Of a DNA stretch of 64,000 nucleotides, positions 60,482-64,000 are shown piece by piece. The DNA is from Eutreptiella sp. 'Long Island Sound 2002' (lineage: Eukaryota; Protista; Euglenida): positions 11,036,001-11,100,000 of the forward strand of contig OZ038378.1 in assembly GCA_964036045.1 (NCBI GenBank), written 5' to 3'. Each line of letters opens with the position of its first letter. Position 1 is the stretch's first letter. Under the pieces are notes generated by a model. The model saw only the letters and a program-made list of their open reading frames with translations, ran no database searches and was not told the DNA's origin. A program made the translations under genes and the position numbers.

Positions 60482-62163
60482 GGTGCGGGACACCCACCTG
60501 CCGGACATCAGGACGGCGGCAGCACAGATCACAGGCCTTCCCCCCATGGACCAGTGGCCCCCATGTTTACGACTTTGTGGATTAGCCCCAGAGTTAGACA
60601 CAGACAGCGTCAAGTGAGGGACAGCGCTCGCATTCATGACAGCTCTGCACAATATGTTAGTAGCCGTTTTGCAGGCCCGCAAGTTACGAGACACACAATC
60701 CCCCATGCTTTTCATGGGGTCGAGCCTCTCACAGCAGCTTCGGCAATACCCGTACCACCAACTGGTGGGACCCCTCCCCAGACCGGAAGACAAAGGGTTA
60801 CTTCTTTTGCGTACCCCTAAGAAGGTGGAATGGCAGTGGGAAATGCCCTTTTTGGCGGACCTGCTATGCTGGCTGAGGGAACTGCACTGGGCCCCTGAAC
60901 CAGGCACAGTGACGTTCTTGGAACTCGCACTGGACTTTGAGGAATTTGCGCAACGCACCCTCCCGCACGCTCCACAGGCAAAATTTAAGGGCACCACCCT
61001 TTCACTGCAAGAGAGAGGCCGGGTCTTACGACTGGCAATGGCAAATGCGCAGCGCCTGGTCACCAAAGGCCATTTGCATCCAGCGCGTGTGGTCACACGC
61101 TGCAGCTCTTTAGTTCCTTTGGGGGGGCCGGCACTCTGCGGCCTGAACTGCCGCCCCTATTTCATCTGCCGCAGTGCCATGAACATGCACGTTCAGCAGT
61201 TAGCGGCATACTGTGAGCGCACGTGGGCCACCAAGGTTGGTCTCAACAGAGTACACAAACTGCGCCCGTACACACATAGGCCACGCAGAACAGCGCAGGA
61301 AGTGGAGGAGCATCGACTACAGCGTGCACTCCAGGGGAATCTGCAGTTGGGGCTGGCTCCGTCCTCGGAGCAGACCACTTTTGCCAAAGGGGGGGGGGGC
61401 TGCTCCTCCTTTGCAGCTGATTTCTTCCCTGTGATAGGGGATGGGAAGCTCCCACAGCGCCCCTACACCGGGACACGCAGGCGCGCAAACACACACAGGG
61501 CGCCACCACCGGCGCCGCCGGCTGATCCGTCAAAGTGTGCCCAGCACTCTGCTGACGCATGCACGACCTGCAAGAGATTTCGGCGCACTGCTGAAGCATG
61601 CTGTGCGCTGGGACATCACGCTGATGACCACATAGCACGCAGACCGCAACTGCAACTGTGCCCACTGCATGGCCTGCCACCGTGCCTGAGGTGCACACTC
61701 AAGCAAAGGGGAGTGCGCCACTGCTGTCAGCGGGGACACCATAAAGTGTGCACCCCAGTGCCTGCGCGCCGGAAGCGCCCACTTGCTGCACATGCACAAC
61801 TGCCCAACAAACGACCACGCCTGCAAGGGCCTGCACGTATCTCTACGGGTCTGCTGAGATCCCCACACCAATCCCCCACCCCTCCAGCCCCCAAACGCAG
61901 GAGGCCGAAAACACCCCCCCCTCCGTCCCCACCAGCCCCAGTTCCACGGGGGCTGGAGGAGACCGTGGCCGAGGATGTCGCCCGCCCGCTTTTCGTGACG
62001 AGGCACGGGAGAGCAAACACTCTGGATACCTAGCCAGCAAAATACAGAGGTTCTGATTCCGCAGAAGGGAGGGAAACAACGTCACAAAGAGGCCTCAGCA
62101 GACCTGAGCCAAATGAGGCGTCCAGCCCAACGCTGCACAAGGATCCACCTCTAAAAGTACAGA

Positions 62164-62164
<1 letters not shown>
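60482..62164 (+). mobile_element. 5'-truncated 3' end of a probable non-LTR retrotransposon bracketed by (CA)n tracts, with a 465-aa ORF at 60636-62033
   Basis: WPPCLRLCGLAPE and W...GTVTFLELALDFE resemble post-RT C-terminal regions of protist LINEs (my recollection, not a search). There is a ~130-nt 3' UTR, then (CA)39. (CA)11 lies at the 5' junction. Confidence 0.6.

Positions 62165-62242
<78 letters not shown>
62165..62242 (+). repeat. (CA)39 microsatellite
   Basis: Read directly. Other dinucleotide tracts lie at ~2842-2878, 3269-3292, 13515-13660, 18818-18925, 22998-23034, 45346-45388 (CT) and 60459-60480. Confidence 0.97.
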
Positions 62243-62243
<1 letters not shown>

Positions 62244-62480
62244 TGTGTGCAGGGCGAGGAGGTTCGAGGTTACATGGCAGCGGCGCCTTAGTCTGTTTCC
62301 CGTGGGTTGTGCCTCAGGCCCCAGGGCGCGTCCAGCTAGGCAGGCCTATTAGTTTGTTGTGTGCCGGAGGGCTCTTCTGACATCTAATGACCCCTCCCTT
62401 CAATGGACACCCCTGCAGCCCCGGTGTCGTGGTGATTGCCGTCTTACACGCAGGCCTGTCCACCCGGCTTGGAGTACCGC

Positions 62481-62562
62481 ATGGAATTCGACACCGGCAA
62501 GAACTACGCCCGAGTCCCTCCTGACCAGATCTCCAAGGCCCGAGCCTCGATATTTGGGACAG
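62481..62562 (+). CDS. Ankyrin-repeat gene exon 1: MEFDTGKNYARVPPDQISKARASIFGT (could extend to the acceptor at 62454)
   Basis: AG at 62452-62453 and a strong phase-1 donor G|GTAACG at 62563 that matches the 63460 acceptor. Confidence 0.6.
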
Positions 62563-63459
62563 GTAACGCCGACTTTGTGATTGTGCTCCGGAGGTTCCCC
62601 AAAGGGTGCCGTGATATCTGTTGTCCAGTGCCATGTCTTGTGTGTGACCTGCTTTCGTTGATGGAGGTCGGTTGCATCTTTACAGGGTCGGGGAGAAGGG
62701 CGCAGTGGTGGGGGTCCCACTGCTCCACATGTTAGTTCCCCTGCTCACCATCACACGACTGCCCACATGCCGCCGATTTCCCTGTCGGCGCCGGAAGGTC
62801 ACATGCAGTCGTCCCCATGACCGTGGAGCCATTGGTCCATTGGCCAGTTTTCAGCCGGGGACAGACAGCGGGAGTGCTTGCGCCAGACTTCACTTTGTCT
62901 GCAGGCCCAAAGCCAAGATGATTACCAGCGACAAGGCCCAATGCCAAGCCCAACACCAACCAAGCAGAGCGTGCACCAAGAAGATGGGCATTGCTGGTCG
63001 TGTCTTGTGAGTCTATGATGGTGATGTCCCACAGCCACGGAGGGGGGACTGCCGGCCAGAACCCGACCCCAAGCGCGGGGGAGGGGGGGGGCTCTACGGA
63101 CCCCAGAATGGTTGTACGGATCAATGGGTTATGTGGGCGCTGGAGGCGCCGGAGATTTTATTTTAGGCATACGGCAGGGCAAAATTTTTTTGTCTGACCC
63201 AAAGTGTCTATCCTCAAAATACTCAGAATTTTGTGGAGAATTCAAAAACGGGTGAAAAACACAAAACAACATTTTGACCCTGACCCGACCTCCGGTTCGG
63301 GCCTTGGCTGATGGGAGCCTGCAGCCGGCAGCCCCCCTCCCCCTCCCCCGTACCCACAGCTTAACAGTGTGCATCCTTTGCTGGGCCCTCCTACTCCATC
63401 TCCCTCCCTCTCTTTCCGTCCGTTGATAGTCACCTCTCGCGCTCCTGCCTCCTGCACAG

Positions 63460-63944
63460 ACTTGTCAGCCCCACCCACTCGCACAATTTCTGCCGCAAGA
63501 CCTGCCAACCGTCAGCACAAGCCCAGAGGTCTGGTGTCTGACGAGGAGACCTGGAGGGTGGATCTTGAGAGCAAATGCAGCTGGGGCAATGTAGCAGGCG
63601 TTGAGGAGCTGCTGCGGTCCCGGCAGTTTGCACACGCTGATCTGCACGCGGCCCTGTGTGAGACGGCCCGCAAGGGGCACCTGCAGGTTCTCCAGGTGCT
63701 GTTGGATGCCGGGGCACCTGCTGGGGCCCAGACCCCCGCTGGAATGACCGCCCTGCACTTTGCTGCCCAAGAGGGCGAGGAGGACGCGTGCCGACTGCTG
63801 GTGCGGCATCTGCCGGACCGCGGGAGCTGCGAGCAGCGGAACTCAAGGGGGCTGACTGCGGCGGACCTGGCGCGGGAGCGGGACCTCTGTGGAGTGGCGC
63901 GCAGGTTGGAGCAGTGCATACAGCAGCAGTTCGCGGGCGTTTGA
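63460..63944 (+). CDS. Ankyrin-repeat protein terminal exon
   Basis: Phase-1 acceptor ctcctgcctcctgcacag|. ANK motifs ALCETARKGHLQVLQVLLDAGA, GMTALHFAAQEGEEDACRLLV and RGLTAADLA. Stop at 63944. Confidence 0.85.
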
Positions 63945-64000
63945 GTCGAGGGTGCACACGACCGATGGCGAAGTCGGTCGTGCGGTTGGCCGATGCCGCC

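Overview
Eukaryotic nuclear DNA, not prokaryotic. It has kb-sized spliceosomal introns, many C/G homopolymer runs, (CA)/(GT) microsatellites and a TTAGGG-type tract. The style suggests a euglenid or another repeat-rich protist, but that assignment is inference only. Four protein-coding genes can be reconstructed by hand, all on the + strand. (A) The 3' part of an uncharacterised multi-pass membrane protein, about 9 exons at 1113-13408, includes a candidate stem-loop (non GT-AG) intron. (B) A complete 6-exon SDR42E1/3-beta-HSD-like epimerase/dehydrogenase with a C-terminal TMEM254/DUF4499-like membrane domain lies at 32025-44599 (490 aa). (C) An intronless ASNSD1-like asparagine-synthetase-domain protein with a LOTUS/OST-HTH-like insertion lies at 50472-52595. 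(D) A small ankyrin-repeat gene lies at about 62481-63944. The rest is decayed mobile DNA and repeats. These include an RT+RNase H non-LTR element ending in a (CCAAT)n tail, two RNase H1-like retroelement remnants, and a 1.55-kb PHIS/ISL2EU-like DNA transposon derivative with TIRs. There is also a 5'-truncated retroelement between (CA)n tracts that encodes a duplicated, unfamiliar Cys/His motif, plus foldback-type repeat mosaics, minisatellites and an interstitial telomere-like tract. Most short ORFs in the supplied track are shadows or low-complexity artefacts.
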